Source of the DNA: Coprobacter sp.
GTDB taxonomy: Bacteria > Bacteroidota > Bacteroidia > Bacteroidales > Coprobacteraceae
Length of the DNA: 64,000 nucleotides
Direction: 5' to 3'
Assembly: GCA_022511245.1 (NCBI GenBank)
Contig: JAFLRV010000001.1
Coordinates: 5,788 to 69,787 of the forward strand
Positions 30,267 to 39,501 of this stretch are shown piece after piece; position 1 is the first letter of the stretch; every line of letters starts with the position of its first letter. The position numbers were made by a program, and so were the translations under genes. The notes under the pieces are model-generated. The model searched no databases. It saw only the letters and a program-made list of their open reading frames with translations, and was not told the DNA's origin.

Positions 30267-31289
30267 ATGCATCGGGTTCTGTGCTGTCTCATACTTCTTG
30301 TCGGCTTCGGAGGACGGATTGTCGCCCAGGAGGGGAAATCATCGTACGATTTTCTCAACATACCCGTCTCGTCCCATGCTCACGGGCTGGGAGGGAACAA
30401 CATCTCCATTATAGAGGAGGACATTACGATGGCTTACCAGAATCCGGCACTGCTGGGACAGGAGATGGATATGCAGCTTAGCCTCAACTACATGCGTTAT
30501 GTGGCCGACATGAACATCGCCGGAGTCTCTTTCGGAAAGGCCGCCCGGGCACGGGGAGCCTGGAGCGTGGGTATGCAATATTTCGGATACGGCGAGATGA
30601 AGCTGGCCGAAAGCAACGGAGTCGTCACCGGGACATTCAGTCCCAAAGACATTATTTTCAACGGCATGTTCTCATACGATATTACCGGTCGGCTGCGGGG
30701 CGGTATCGATGCCAAACTCGTCTACTCCAATTACGAGCAATACTCGGCACTGGCCCTGTGTGTCGACTTGGGAGTGAATTACTACAATCCCGAAACGGAA
30801 TGGTCGCTGTCGGCCGTCGTCAAAAATGCCGGCGGACAGTTGAAACGGTTCAACGAGACGTTCGAGAGAATGCCGCTGGATGTCCAGCTGGGGCTTTCCA
30901 AAACATTCCGCCATGCGCCGTTCCGCATTTCGGTTACCGCCCAGCACCTGACCCGGTGGAAGATGCCGTACACGGCCATAAACGACAAGCTGACCGACAC
31001 CGAAGACAATCTGGTCGAAAAAAACAAATTCGCCGCCAACCTGTTCCGCCATTTCATTTTCGCCGCCGACTACGTCCCGTCCCAAAACCTGTATATCGGG
31101 CTGGGTTACAACTACAAGACCCGCAGCGACATGAGCACCTACCGGCGCAACTTCCTGTCGGGGTTCAGTCTCGGAGCCGGCATCAAAGTAAAAATGTTCT
31201 CCATCGGGGCCTCCTATGCACAACACCACATCGGAGGCAATACCTTCATGTTCAATCTCACCGCCGGTCTCTCCCAGTTCCTCCGGTAA
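30267..31289 (+). CDS. porQ: outer-membrane beta-barrel, probable T9SS protein PorQ
   Basis: Signal peptide MHRVLCCLILLVGFGGRIVAQ, then SSYDFLNIPVSSHAHGLGGNNISI (as I recall for PorQ/PorV-like N-termini). Amphipathic beta strands throughout. About 340 aa. Confidence 0.55.
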   Translation: MHRVLCCLILLVGFGGRIVAQEGKSSYDFLNIPVSSHAHGLGGNNISIIEEDITMAYQNPALLGQEMDMQLSLNYMRYVADMNIAGVSFGKAARARGAWSVGMQYFGYGEMKLAESNGVVTGTFSPKDIIFNGMFSYDITGRLRGGIDAKLVYSNYEQYSALALCVDLGVNYYNPETEWSLSAVVKNAGGQLKRFNETFERMPLDVQLGLSKTFRHAPFRISVTAQHLTRWKMPYTAINDKLTDTEDNLVEKNKFAANLFRHFIFAADYVPSQNLYIGLGYNYKTRSDMSTYRRNFLSGFSLGAGIKVKMFSIGASYAQHHIGGNTFMFNLTAGLSQFLR

Positions 31290-31351
31290 GAAATCCCGGT
31301 CCGAAGAATCGAAATCTTTGCGCTTCACTCGCCTGTTTCAGTTATTTTGTG

Positions 31352-31359
31352 TAAGTTTG
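31352..31359 (+). promoter_or_regulatory. TAnnTTTG -7 box upstream of cmk
   Basis: TAAGTTTG, 24 nt upstream of the ATG at 31383. Confidence 0.45.
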
Positions 31360-31382
31360 TCCGACCAATTATTCGACTTTTT

Positions 31383-32084
31383 ATGAAACCGAACAATAAA
31401 ATCGTTATCGCCGTCGACGGACACTCCTCCTGCGGAAAAAGCACGATGGCCAAAGCACTGGCCCAAAGAACCGGATACATATACATCGACAGCGGGGCCA
31501 TGTACCGGGCGGTGACCCTGTTCTGCATCGAAAACGGGCTGGTCGACGAACAGCAGCACATCGATGAAGCGGGACTGAAAGCCCGGATGAACGAGATTTG
31601 CATCGAATTCCGGAACAATCCGGAAACAGGCGGAAACGAAACGTGGCTGAACGGACGCAACGTCGAACAGCAGATTCGCAACATGGAGGTTTCGAATCTG
31701 GTCAGCCCAGTAAGCGCCCTCAAGTTCGTGCGCACGGCCATGACGGCACAACAGCAAAGCATGGGACGGCAGAAAGGGATTGTAATGGACGGCCGGGACA
31801 TCGGCACGACGGTATTTCCCGACGCCGAACTCAAAATTTTTGTCACCGCATCGGCCGAGACACGGGCTAAACGCCGCTGGGACGAATTGAAACTCAAAGG
31901 ACAAGAGACGCCGTATGAAGCGGTGCTCGAAAACGTGCGCAACCGAGACTACATCGACCAGAACCGGGCCGAAAGTCCGCTCCGGAAAGCCGATGACGCC
32001 ATTCTGCTCGACAATTCGGCCCTCACGCCGGAGGAGCAGAACGACTGGCTGTACCAACAATTCCTGAAAGCCTTGTCCAAATAA
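31383..32084 (+). CDS. cmk: (d)CMP kinase
   Basis: [51 protein letters not shown]. Confidence 0.9.
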   Translation: MKPNNKIVIAVDGHSSCGKSTMAKALAQRTGYIYIDSGAMYRAVTLFCIENGLVDEQQHIDEAGLKARMNEICIEFRNNPETGGNETWLNGRNVEQQIRNMEVSNLVSPVSALKFVRTAMTAQQQSMGRQKGIVMDGRDIGTTVFPDAELKIFVTASAETRAKRRWDELKLKGQETPYEAVLENVRNRDYIDQNRAESPLRKADDAILLDNSALTPEEQNDWLYQQFLKALSK

Positions 32085-32094
32085 CCGGCATCTC

Positions 32095-32964
32095 ATGGTA
32101 AAAATCGAAATAGATCAAGGGTCAGGCTTTTGTTTCGGGGTGGTCAACGCCATCAAAAAGGCGGAAGAGGAGCTCGAAAAAGGCGAAATCCTTTATTGTC
32201 TGGGAGACATCGTACACAACAACCACGAAGTGGAACGGCTCAAGGCCAAAGGGCTGATAACCATCGACCACGAACAATTCCGGCAGCTGCACCACGCCAA
32301 AGTGCTGCTGCGGGCTCACGGCGAACCGCCCGAAACATACGAAACCGCCCGGAAAAACAATATCGAAATCATCGACGCCACCTGTCCGGTCGTGCTGCAA
32401 CTGCAAAGCAAGATTAAGAAATCGTATGACGAGACATCGCCGGAACAGACCCAGATTGTCATATACGGCAAACCGGGACATGCCGAAGTGAACGGACTGG
32501 TTGGACAGACCGCCGGACAGGCACTGATTGTGGAAAACACCGGCGACCTGGACAAAATCAATTTCGACAAAGAGATTCTGCTCTATTCCCAGACTACCAA
32601 ATCGGTCGACGAATTCAAGAAAATCGTCTCCGAGATTACCCGGAAACAGGCGGCAGGAAAACGGTTCGAATACTACGATACGATATGCCGGCAGGTCGCC
32701 AACCGCATTCCCAGCATCCGGGAGTTTGTACGCAGACATGACCTCGTGCTGTTCGTCTGCGGTGAAAAAAGCTCGAACGGCCGGGTGCTGTTCGCCGAAT
32801 GCTGCCAAATCAACCGGAATACCCGGCTGGTATCCCACATTGCAGAAATCAAAGACGAATGGCTGGACGGAATGTCGAGCATAGGAATATGCGGTGCCAC
32901 CTCCACGCCCAAATGGCTTATGGAGGAGGTGTCGGAATACCTGTCGTCCAAACTGGCCAAATAA
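32095..32964 (+). CDS. ispH: 4-hydroxy-3-methylbut-2-enyl diphosphate reductase
   Basis: 289 aa with GFCFGVVNAI, DATCPVV and the conserved Cys triad spacing. Confidence 0.92.
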   Translation: MVKIEIDQGSGFCFGVVNAIKKAEEELEKGEILYCLGDIVHNNHEVERLKAKGLITIDHEQFRQLHHAKVLLRAHGEPPETYETARKNNIEIIDATCPVVLQLQSKIKKSYDETSPEQTQIVIYGKPGHAEVNGLVGQTAGQALIVENTGDLDKINFDKEILLYSQTTKSVDEFKKIVSEITRKQAAGKRFEYYDTICRQVANRIPSIREFVRRHDLVLFVCGEKSSNGRVLFAECCQINRNTRLVSHIAEIKDEWLDGMSSIGICGATSTPKWLMEEVSEYLSSKLAK

Positions 32965-33017
32965 ACCGGATGAAAAAAAACAGGAGCATAAAATATATGC
33001 CGTTACAAATTAATTCC

Positions 33018-33025
33018 TATTTTTG
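33018..33025 (+). promoter_or_regulatory. TAnnTTTG -7 box upstream of pfkA
   Basis: TATTTTTG, 33 nt upstream of the ATG. Confidence 0.45.
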
Positions 33026-33057
33026 TGCAAGCTAAGGCGAATTTAAAATTCTGAATT

Positions 33058-34038
33058 ATGGCAAAAATAAACTGTATTGGAATTCTCACATCCGGAGGCG
33101 ATGCTCCGGGAATGAATGCGGCTATCCGGGCGGTGACCCGTGCCGCCATCTACAACGGCTTCTCGGTAAAAGCCATTTACAGAGGATACAAAGGATTGCT
33201 TTCGGGTGAAATTGTGCCGTTCAAGACACAAAACGTAAGTAATATCATACAACAGGGCGGTACCATTCTGAAAACGGCCCGATGCACCGAATTCAAAACC
33301 CCCGAAGGCCGCCAGCTGGCCTATGACAATCTGATGAAAGAGGGTATCGACGCACTGGTAGTCATCGGAGGAGACGGTACGCTCACCGGAGCCCGCATCT
33401 TCGCCACCGAATACAATTTCCCCATCGTGGGGCTGCCCGGTACCATCGACAACGACCTGTACGGGACCGATACCACAATCGGCTACGATACGGCACTGAA
33501 CACAATTATGGATGCCGTCGACAAAATACGCGACACCGCCACCTCTCACGAACGGCTCTTCTTTATCGAAGTCATGGGCCGGGATGCCGGATTCCTGGCG
33601 TTGAACGGAGCCATCGCTTCCGGCGCCGAAGCGGCGATTATCCCCGAAATCGTGACGGAGGTCGACCAATTGGAAGAACTCATCAAGAACGGATTCCGCA
33701 AATCGAAAAACAGCAGTATCGTACTGGTCGCCGAGAGTCCGCACACAGGCGGAGCCATGCAGTTGGCCGAACGGGTGAAAAACGAATATCCCCAGTACGA
33801 TGTACGTGTAACCATTCTGGGACACCTGCAACGGGGTGGCTCTCCCACCGCCAGCGACCGTATTCTGGCCAGCCGGATGGGAGCTGCGGCCATAGATGCG
33901 CTGCTCGAAGACCAGCGGAACGTGATGATAGGTATCCGCAATGACCAGATAACCTATGTGCCGTTCAACAAAGCCATCAAAAACGACAAACCGATTAACC
34001 GGGAGTTGCTGAACACGCTGCGGACACTCTCCATTTAA
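33058..34038 (+). CDS. pfkA: ATP-dependent 6-phosphofructokinase
   Basis: 326 aa with [34 protein letters not shown] and [10 protein letters not shown]. Confidence 0.92.
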   Translation: MAKINCIGILTSGGDAPGMNAAIRAVTRAAIYNGFSVKAIYRGYKGLLSGEIVPFKTQNVSNIIQQGGTILKTARCTEFKTPEGRQLAYDNLMKEGIDALVVIGGDGTLTGARIFATEYNFPIVGLPGTIDNDLYGTDTTIGYDTALNTIMDAVDKIRDTATSHERLFFIEVMGRDAGFLALNGAIASGAEAAIIPEIVTEVDQLEELIKNGFRKSKNSSIVLVAESPHTGGAMQLAERVKNEYPQYDVRVTILGHLQRGGSPTASDRILASRMGAAAIDALLEDQRNVMIGIRNDQITYVPFNKAIKNDKPINRELLNTLRTLSI

Positions 34039-34165
34039 TACAGGGACACGTCCTGTTTTTACCCAATAATAAAAAAACGTAGTATTCTATAATCCAGAAT
34101 ATTGCGTTTTTTTTTGCAAAAAAATTCTGATTTTACTTGATTATTCCCCCGAAACTAATAAAATA

Positions 34166-34201
34166 TTTTATATATAAAACTTCACTTTTTTATATATAAA
34201 A
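34166..34201. repeat. two copies of a 14-bp AT palindrome, 22 bp apart
   Basis: TTTTATATATAAAA at 34166-34179 and 34188-34201. Each is followed by a (c/t)(t/c)TTCA(c/t)-like tail. They lie 50-90 bp upstream of the -7 box of the small lipoprotein gene. Confidence 0.7.
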
Positions 34202-34249
34202 TCTTCATTTACAAACCATTAGCATATTGTAAAATTGATTAACGGGCTA

Positions 34250-34257
34250 TATCTTTG
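34250..34257 (+). promoter_or_regulatory. TAnnTTTG -7 box upstream of the small lipoprotein gene
   Basis: TATCTTTG, 35 nt upstream of the ATG at 34292. Confidence 0.45.
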
Positions 34258-34291
34258 CACTCGATTATTAATCTTATTAAAATTTACAATT

Positions 34292-34654
34292 ATGAAAAAA
34301 GTATTGTTTTTTAGTGCAGTGGTAACTGCAATGGCATTTACATCTTGCCAAACTACTACCAGAACAGCAACCAGCGTTAAACCGGATGTATGGGTAGATT
34401 GTGCAGCTGAAGCCGATTTGGATATCAAAAAAGAACGGGTATCTATCACGTTGAGTGGAAGTGATGTAAAACGCTACACGTTAAACCAGATAAAAGAAAA
34501 TGCGGCTGCCAAAGCGCTGGAATCTGCCCATGCCGATGTTCTGCTCGATCCGCAATTTGTAGTTGTTAAAAAACTTACCGGAATCAAATCGGTCACCGTA
34601 TCCGGTATCCCGGCAAAATATGTCAATCTTCGGTCGGTAAAACCTTCCAAATAA
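34292..34654 (+). CDS. small lipoprotein of unknown function
   Basis: MKKVLFFSAVVTAMAFTSCQTTT (lipobox). About 120 aa. G+C is visibly lower than in the neighbouring genes. Confidence 0.55.
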   Translation: MKKVLFFSAVVTAMAFTSCQTTTRTATSVKPDVWVDCAAEADLDIKKERVSITLSGSDVKRYTLNQIKENAAAKALESAHADVLLDPQFVVVKKLTGIKSVTVSGIPAKYVNLRSVKPSK

Positions 34655-34677
34655 GAACTGTTTTAAAAACATTTTCA

Positions 34678-34715
34678 GCAGACTCCATACATGGATGTGG
34701 AGTCTGCTTTTTTTT
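34678..34715 (+). terminator. rho-independent terminator
   Basis: 10-bp stem gcagactcca/tggagtctgc, 10-nt loop, then an 8-nt T-run. Confidence 0.75.
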
Positions 34716-34853
34716 ACCACAAAACCGGCCGACATAAGATTTCTGCTAAAAGAGCGATTTCTTTATCAAACAAACGTCTGAAAACAATAGAATTTTATAC
34801 CCATATCCCGAATAATAGCCGGTCAACTGTTATTATAATTGAATTATTTTTTT

Positions 34854-34861
34854 TAAGTTTG
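34854..34861 (+). promoter_or_regulatory. TAnnTTTG -7 box upstream of the RelA/SpoT gene
   Basis: TAAGTTTG, 26 nt upstream of the ATG at 34887. Confidence 0.45.
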
Positions 34862-34886
34862 TTCCCGACGAATAAAGCAGGAGCAT

Positions 34887-37133
34887 ATGACGAGCCATAT
34901 ATCGGAGGTTGAAAAGGCAGAGCAGGAACTGATAGAGCAGGAATTTCAGGCTCTTCTGGCCGACTATCTGAACTCGAACCACCGCAAAAAAACCGAGATT
35001 ATCGAACGGGCCTTCCGTTTCGCCGAAGAGGCTCATCGGGGAATCCGGCGGCAATCGGGAGAACCGTACATACTGCACCCGATTGCCGTAGCCCGCATCG
35101 TCAGCCGGGAAATCGGATTGGGCTCGACCTCGATATGTGCCGCCCTGCTCCACGACGTAGTGGAAGACACCGAATATACCGTCGAGGACATCGAAAACCT
35201 GTTCGGCCACAAAATCGCCATGATTGTATCGGGGCTGACCAAGATATCGGGCGGCATCTTCGGCGACCAGGCATCGGCCCAAGCCGAAAACTTCCGCAAA
35301 CTGCTGCTGACCATGTCCGAAGACATCCGTGTCATCCTCATCAAGATGGCCGACCGGCTTCACAACATGCGCACGCTGGGCTCCCTGACCCCCAGCAAAC
35401 AATACAAAATCGCCGGAGAAACTTTATATATTTATGCTCCGCTGGCTCACCGGCTGGGACTTTTCGCCATCAAAACAGAGCTGGAAGACCTCAGTTTCAA
35501 ATACGAGCATCCCGATGCCTACAACGACATCATGCAGAAGATTGCCGACACGGAGGACAACCGGCGGGCCATTTACGAGAAATTCTCGGCACCCATTCTG
35601 GAGAAACTGCACGGAATGGGGCTGTCGTTCGAGATGAAAGCCCGTATCAAATCGGTCTATTCCATCTGGTGCAAGATGCAAAACAAAAACATCCCCTTCG
35701 AAGAGGTGTACGATTTATATGCCGTGCGCATCATTTTCGACCCGCTCAAAGAGGACGACGAGAAAAAAGAGTGCTGGAACATCTATTCCGTCATTACAGA
35801 CATTTACAAAATGCACCCCGACCGCATCCGGGACTGGGTAAGCCGGCCCAAAGCCAACGGCTACCAGGCTCTGCACGTGACGGTCATGGGTCCCGACGGG
35901 AACTGGATAGAGGTACAGATTCGCAGCCGCAAGATGGACGACATCGCCGAACGGGGATTTGCCGCACACTGGAAATACAAGGTGGGACACACCGAAGAGG
36001 AGTCGGAGCTGGACATCTGGATAAAGACCATCAAAGAGATTCTGGAAAACCCGGAACCGAATGCACTCGACTTCCTCGATACGATAAAACTGAACCTGTT
36101 CGCTTCCGAAATTTTCGTCTTTACCCCGAAAGGGGAATTAAAGACCCTGCCGACCGATGCCACCGCCCTCGATTTCGCGTTCACCCTGCACTCGGACATG
36201 GGGTATCACTGCATCGCCGCCAAAGTCAATCACAAACTGGTTCCCATCAGCCAGAAGCTGCAAAGCGGAGACCAGGTGGAGATTCTGACCTCCAAATCCC
36301 AGTCGCCCAAACCGGAGTGGATAAACTTTATCACCACCGCCAAAGCCAAGACCCGGCTAATCGCCGCTTTGCGGAAAGAGCGGAGACAGGTGGCCCTCAA
36401 GGGGGAGGAGCTCTACCGGACTTTTTTACAGGAAAACGGACTCGACGACAGCCTGCGGAACATCGACAAGCTGCTCAACCACTATAAGATAGACAAGAAA
36501 GAGACGCTGTTCTACCGTCTGGGGGCCAACGAAATTACCTTGAACGACAATACCAAGAAGATATTCAAGGACAAAGGGCAGAATGTCTTCATGAAATACC
36601 TGCGCATGCCGTTCGGCGGCAGCCACAAATCGAACGCATCCGACAAAAAACGGGAGAATCCGGCGACTAAAATCGACCGGAAAACAACCTATATCCTGCA
36701 GGATGACGGCATAGAAAAAAACTACCGCATCGCCTCCTGCTGCAACCCGATTCCCGGCGATGACGTACTGGGATACATCAACGAACACGAGCAGGTCATC
36801 GTGCACAAACGCTCCTGTCCGGTAGCCATGCGGCTGAAAAGCAGCTTCGGCTCCCGGCTGGTTTCGACTCAATGGGCCGACAACATTATCGAAGCGTTCC
36901 CGGTAACCATCGAAATTACCGGTATCGACAAAGTCGGCATACTCAACCAGATTACCCGAATCATCTCCGACGAACTGGCCGTGAACATACGCCGGCTCAA
37001 CATCGAAACCGAACACGGGCTGTTCAAGGGCACGCTGAGCGTACTGGTGCACAACATCAAAGACGTCGAACGAATGTGTGAAAACATCAAAAAGATAAGT
37101 GAGGTAAAATCAGCGATACGCATCGTAAACTGA
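34887..37133 (+). CDS. RelA/SpoT family bifunctional (p)ppGpp synthetase/hydrolase
   Basis: 748 aa with an HD domain (HPIAVARIV...LLHDVVEDT), a synthetase domain (YSIWCKM...ANGYQALHVTV), TGS and a C-terminal ACT domain. Confidence 0.9.
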   Translation: MTSHISEVEKAEQELIEQEFQALLADYLNSNHRKKTEIIERAFRFAEEAHRGIRRQSGEPYILHPIAVARIVSREIGLGSTSICAALLHDVVEDTEYTVEDIENLFGHKIAMIVSGLTKISGGIFGDQASAQAENFRKLLLTMSEDIRVILIKMADRLHNMRTLGSLTPSKQYKIAGETLYIYAPLAHRLGLFAIKTELEDLSFKYEHPDAYNDIMQKIADTEDNRRAIYEKFSAPILEKLHGMGLSFEMKARIKSVYSIWCKMQNKNIPFEEVYDLYAVRIIFDPLKEDDEKKECWNIYSVITDIYKMHPDRIRDWVSRPKANGYQALHVTVMGPDGNWIEVQIRSRKMDDIAERGFAAHWKYKVGHTEEESELDIWIKTIKEILENPEPNALDFLDTIKLNLFASEIFVFTPKGELKTLPTDATALDFAFTLHSDMGYHCIAAKVNHKLVPISQKLQSGDQVEILTSKSQSPKPEWINFITTAKAKTRLIAALRKERRQVALKGEELYRTFLQENGLDDSLRNIDKLLNHYKIDKKETLFYRLGANEITLNDNTKKIFKDKGQNVFMKYLRMPFGGSHKSNASDKKRENPATKIDRKTTYILQDDGIEKNYRIASCCNPIPGDDVLGYINEHEQVIVHKRSCPVAMRLKSSFGSRLVSTQWADNIIEAFPVTIEITGIDKVGILNQITRIISDELAVNIRRLNIETEHGLFKGTLSVLVHNIKDVERMCENIKKISEVKSAIRIVN

Positions 37134-37170
37134 TTCGAACCTGAAATATAACCCATAACAGAACAAACGT

Positions 37171-39264
37171 ATGGCATCCAGAAAAATAAAAGCGTTCTTT
37201 TCACGACAAACGATTTTTCAGTCGATATTTTTTATTGCGGCCGTATCATTAACCGTCTATTTTTTTCCCGGAGAAGGAAAATTCCGGTACCATTTTCAGG
37301 AGGGACAACCTTGGAGATACGGGCTGCTGACAGCACCGTTCGACTTCCCCATGTACAAGAGCGAAGCCCAACTCCAAAGCGAGAAAGACAGCATTTTAAA
37401 AGATTTCCAGCCGTTCTACCGCATCGACCCCAACATGGGAGCCAGACAGCTGGAGAGTCTCGAAACGGCCTACCGCACCTCGCTGCGTGAAAAACTGCCG
37501 TCCTACCTCTACCTCTTTTTACAAAAAGAGATAGAAGCGGTCTACCAGCAGGGTATCGTCTCCACCGCCGACTACGAACGGATGCTGAAAGAGCAGACCC
37601 CGTCGATACGGGTGCTGGAAAACCAGAAATCGAGGACCTATCTCCTTTCAGAGCTATCGTCTCCCCGCATGGCATACGAGAAAATCATCGAGAAGCTGCC
37701 CGACGAAGGGAGCCGCAGCATCGCACACGACTGCAACCTGAACAATTTTCTGGTCGAGAACCTGACGTTTGACGAACACTATACCCAACAGGCGCGGGAC
37801 AACCGGCTCCGCAAAATATCCCCCTCCTCCAAAGTGATACAGGCCGGAGAGAAAATCATCGATCGGGGAGAGATTGTATCGCCGTACACCTATCAGATAC
37901 TGAAATCGCTGGAAACCGTAACACTGAAAAAATCGGCCAATCTCGACCGGCAGGAAATTGCCCTGCTGGGAAAATCCATTGTCGTCATCTGTCTGTTCGG
38001 GTTCTTCTTCCTGTATCTGGCCCTCTTCCGGCCGAAGATATTCAACGACGGCCGCCGGCTGGGATTCCTGCTGCTGATGATTGTGGCCGTAACCCTGACC
38101 GCCTTTTTCACCAGCCGGTTAAGAGTGCTCGGCATCTATATCGTACCGTTTGCCATCCTGCCCATCATCGTGGTCACCTTCATCGACTCCCGCACAGCCC
38201 TCTACACCCATCTGGTTACCGTGCTGCTGTGCGCTTTCGCCGCCCCGTTCCCGATGGAATTTATCTTCCTGCAAATCATTATCGGAATGACGGCGATAGA
38301 CACCCTGAACGAACTGGTCAAACGCTCCCAGCTGGTGCGCTGCGTCATTTTCGTATTCCTGGCCTATGCCGTTTCCTATTCGGGATATACACTGCTCACA
38401 GAAGGAGACTGGACCAAAATCAACTGGAATATGTTCGCCTATTTCGGGGGCAGTTCCGTGCTGTTGCTGCTGGCCTATCTGCTCATCTACCTGCTTGAAA
38501 AAACATTCGGATTCATTTCCAATGTAACGCTGGTCGAACTGTCCGACATCAACTCCTCTATTCTGCGGCAGCTGTCCGAAGTCTGTCCGGGCACCTTCCA
38601 GCACTCGATGCAAGTATCCAACCTGGCCGCCGAAGCCGCCATCAAAATAGGAGCCAATGCCCAGCTGGTTCGAACCGGAGCCCTTTACCACGACATCGGC
38701 AAACTCTCCAATCCGGCGTTTTTCACCGAAAACCAGTCGGGAGTGAATCCGCATCAATCCCTCTCCTACCCGCAAAGCGCACAGATTATCATCCAGCATG
38801 TCAAAGACGGCATGAAAGCGGCCGACAAAGAGATGCTTCCCCAAGCGATTAAAGACTTCATTGCCACTCATCACGGGAAAGGCAAAACCAAATTTTTCTA
38901 TAATTCGTACAAAAACGAGTTCCCCGATGCCGAAATCGATGAAAGCGTATTTACCTATCCCGGCCCCAATCCCTTCACCAAAGAGACGGCGATACTGATG
39001 ATGGCCGATTCGGTCGAGGCCGCCTCCCGCAGTCTGAAAGAGTATACCGCCGAATCCATCGCCAGCCTGGTAAACAACATCATCGACGGACAAATTGCCG
39101 ACGGACTGATGAAAGACGCCCCCATCAGCTTTCAGGACGTAGAAAAAATAAAACAGACATTTATCGAGAAACTGAAAACGATGTATCATACCCGCATCAG
39201 CTATCCGGAACTGAAAAAAGAGAACGGTCCGAAAGCGGAAAAAAGCGAAGAAAAGGAAAAATAG
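37171..39264 (+). CDS. 7TM-receptor HD/HDIG phosphohydrolase (PgpH-like)
   Basis: 697 aa with an extracellular N-domain, a 7-TM block and an HD domain (HSMQVSNLAAEAA...ALYHDIGK...HHGK). Confidence 0.85.
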   Translation: MASRKIKAFFSRQTIFQSIFFIAAVSLTVYFFPGEGKFRYHFQEGQPWRYGLLTAPFDFPMYKSEAQLQSEKDSILKDFQPFYRIDPNMGARQLESLETAYRTSLREKLPSYLYLFLQKEIEAVYQQGIVSTADYERMLKEQTPSIRVLENQKSRTYLLSELSSPRMAYEKIIEKLPDEGSRSIAHDCNLNNFLVENLTFDEHYTQQARDNRLRKISPSSKVIQAGEKIIDRGEIVSPYTYQILKSLETVTLKKSANLDRQEIALLGKSIVVICLFGFFFLYLALFRPKIFNDGRRLGFLLLMIVAVTLTAFFTSRLRVLGIYIVPFAILPIIVVTFIDSRTALYTHLVTVLLCAFAAPFPMEFIFLQIIIGMTAIDTLNELVKRSQLVRCVIFVFLAYAVSYSGYTLLTEGDWTKINWNMFAYFGGSSVLLLLAYLLIYLLEKTFGFISNVTLVELSDINSSILRQLSEVCPGTFQHSMQVSNLAAEAAIKIGANAQLVRTGALYHDIGKLSNPAFFTENQSGVNPHQSLSYPQSAQIIIQHVKDGMKAADKEMLPQAIKDFIATHHGKGKTKFFYNSYKNEFPDAEIDESVFTYPGPNPFTKETAILMMADSVEAASRSLKEYTAESIASLVNNIIDGQIADGLMKDAPISFQDVEKIKQTFIEKLKTMYHTRISYPELKKENGPKAEKSEEKEK

Positions 39265-39349
39265 GCCCAAAAAGGAGAAAAAAAGAGATTAGAACGTAAA
39301 AATATATCTATTTATTTACGCTTTTATTTTTTTACTCCAAAAAATAAGT

Positions 39350-39357
39350 TAACTTTG
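39350..39357 (+). promoter_or_regulatory. orphan TAnnTTTG box (TAACTTTG) in a convergent intergenic region
   Basis: Exact -7 consensus about 95 nt upstream of the terminator at 39452-39486, with no ORF between them. Confidence 0.25.
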
Positions 39358-39364
39358 CAACTCA

Positions 39365-39487
39365 ATTAATCTTTTGTTAGTTTTGATATCAATTCGATAA
39401 AGATAAAGCCGTGAGGCCCCTTTTAACCACACACACACTTATAATACGGAAACGGCAGTCTTGTTCTCACTTAGACTGCCGTTTTTA
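39365..39487 (+). ncRNA. candidate small RNA of about 120 nt (hypothetical)
   Basis: Bounded by the orphan -7 box and a strong terminator. No ATG-initiated ORF. Contains a CACACACACA tract. This is purely a structural inference. Confidence 0.2.
39452..39486. terminator. bidirectional rho-independent terminator between the HD-protein gene and pepD
   Basis: 10-bp stem acggcagtct/agactgccgt, 11-nt loop, ttttt on the plus strand and tttcc on the minus strand. Confidence 0.7.
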
Positions 39488-39501
39488 ATTGTATCCGTTT
39501 T

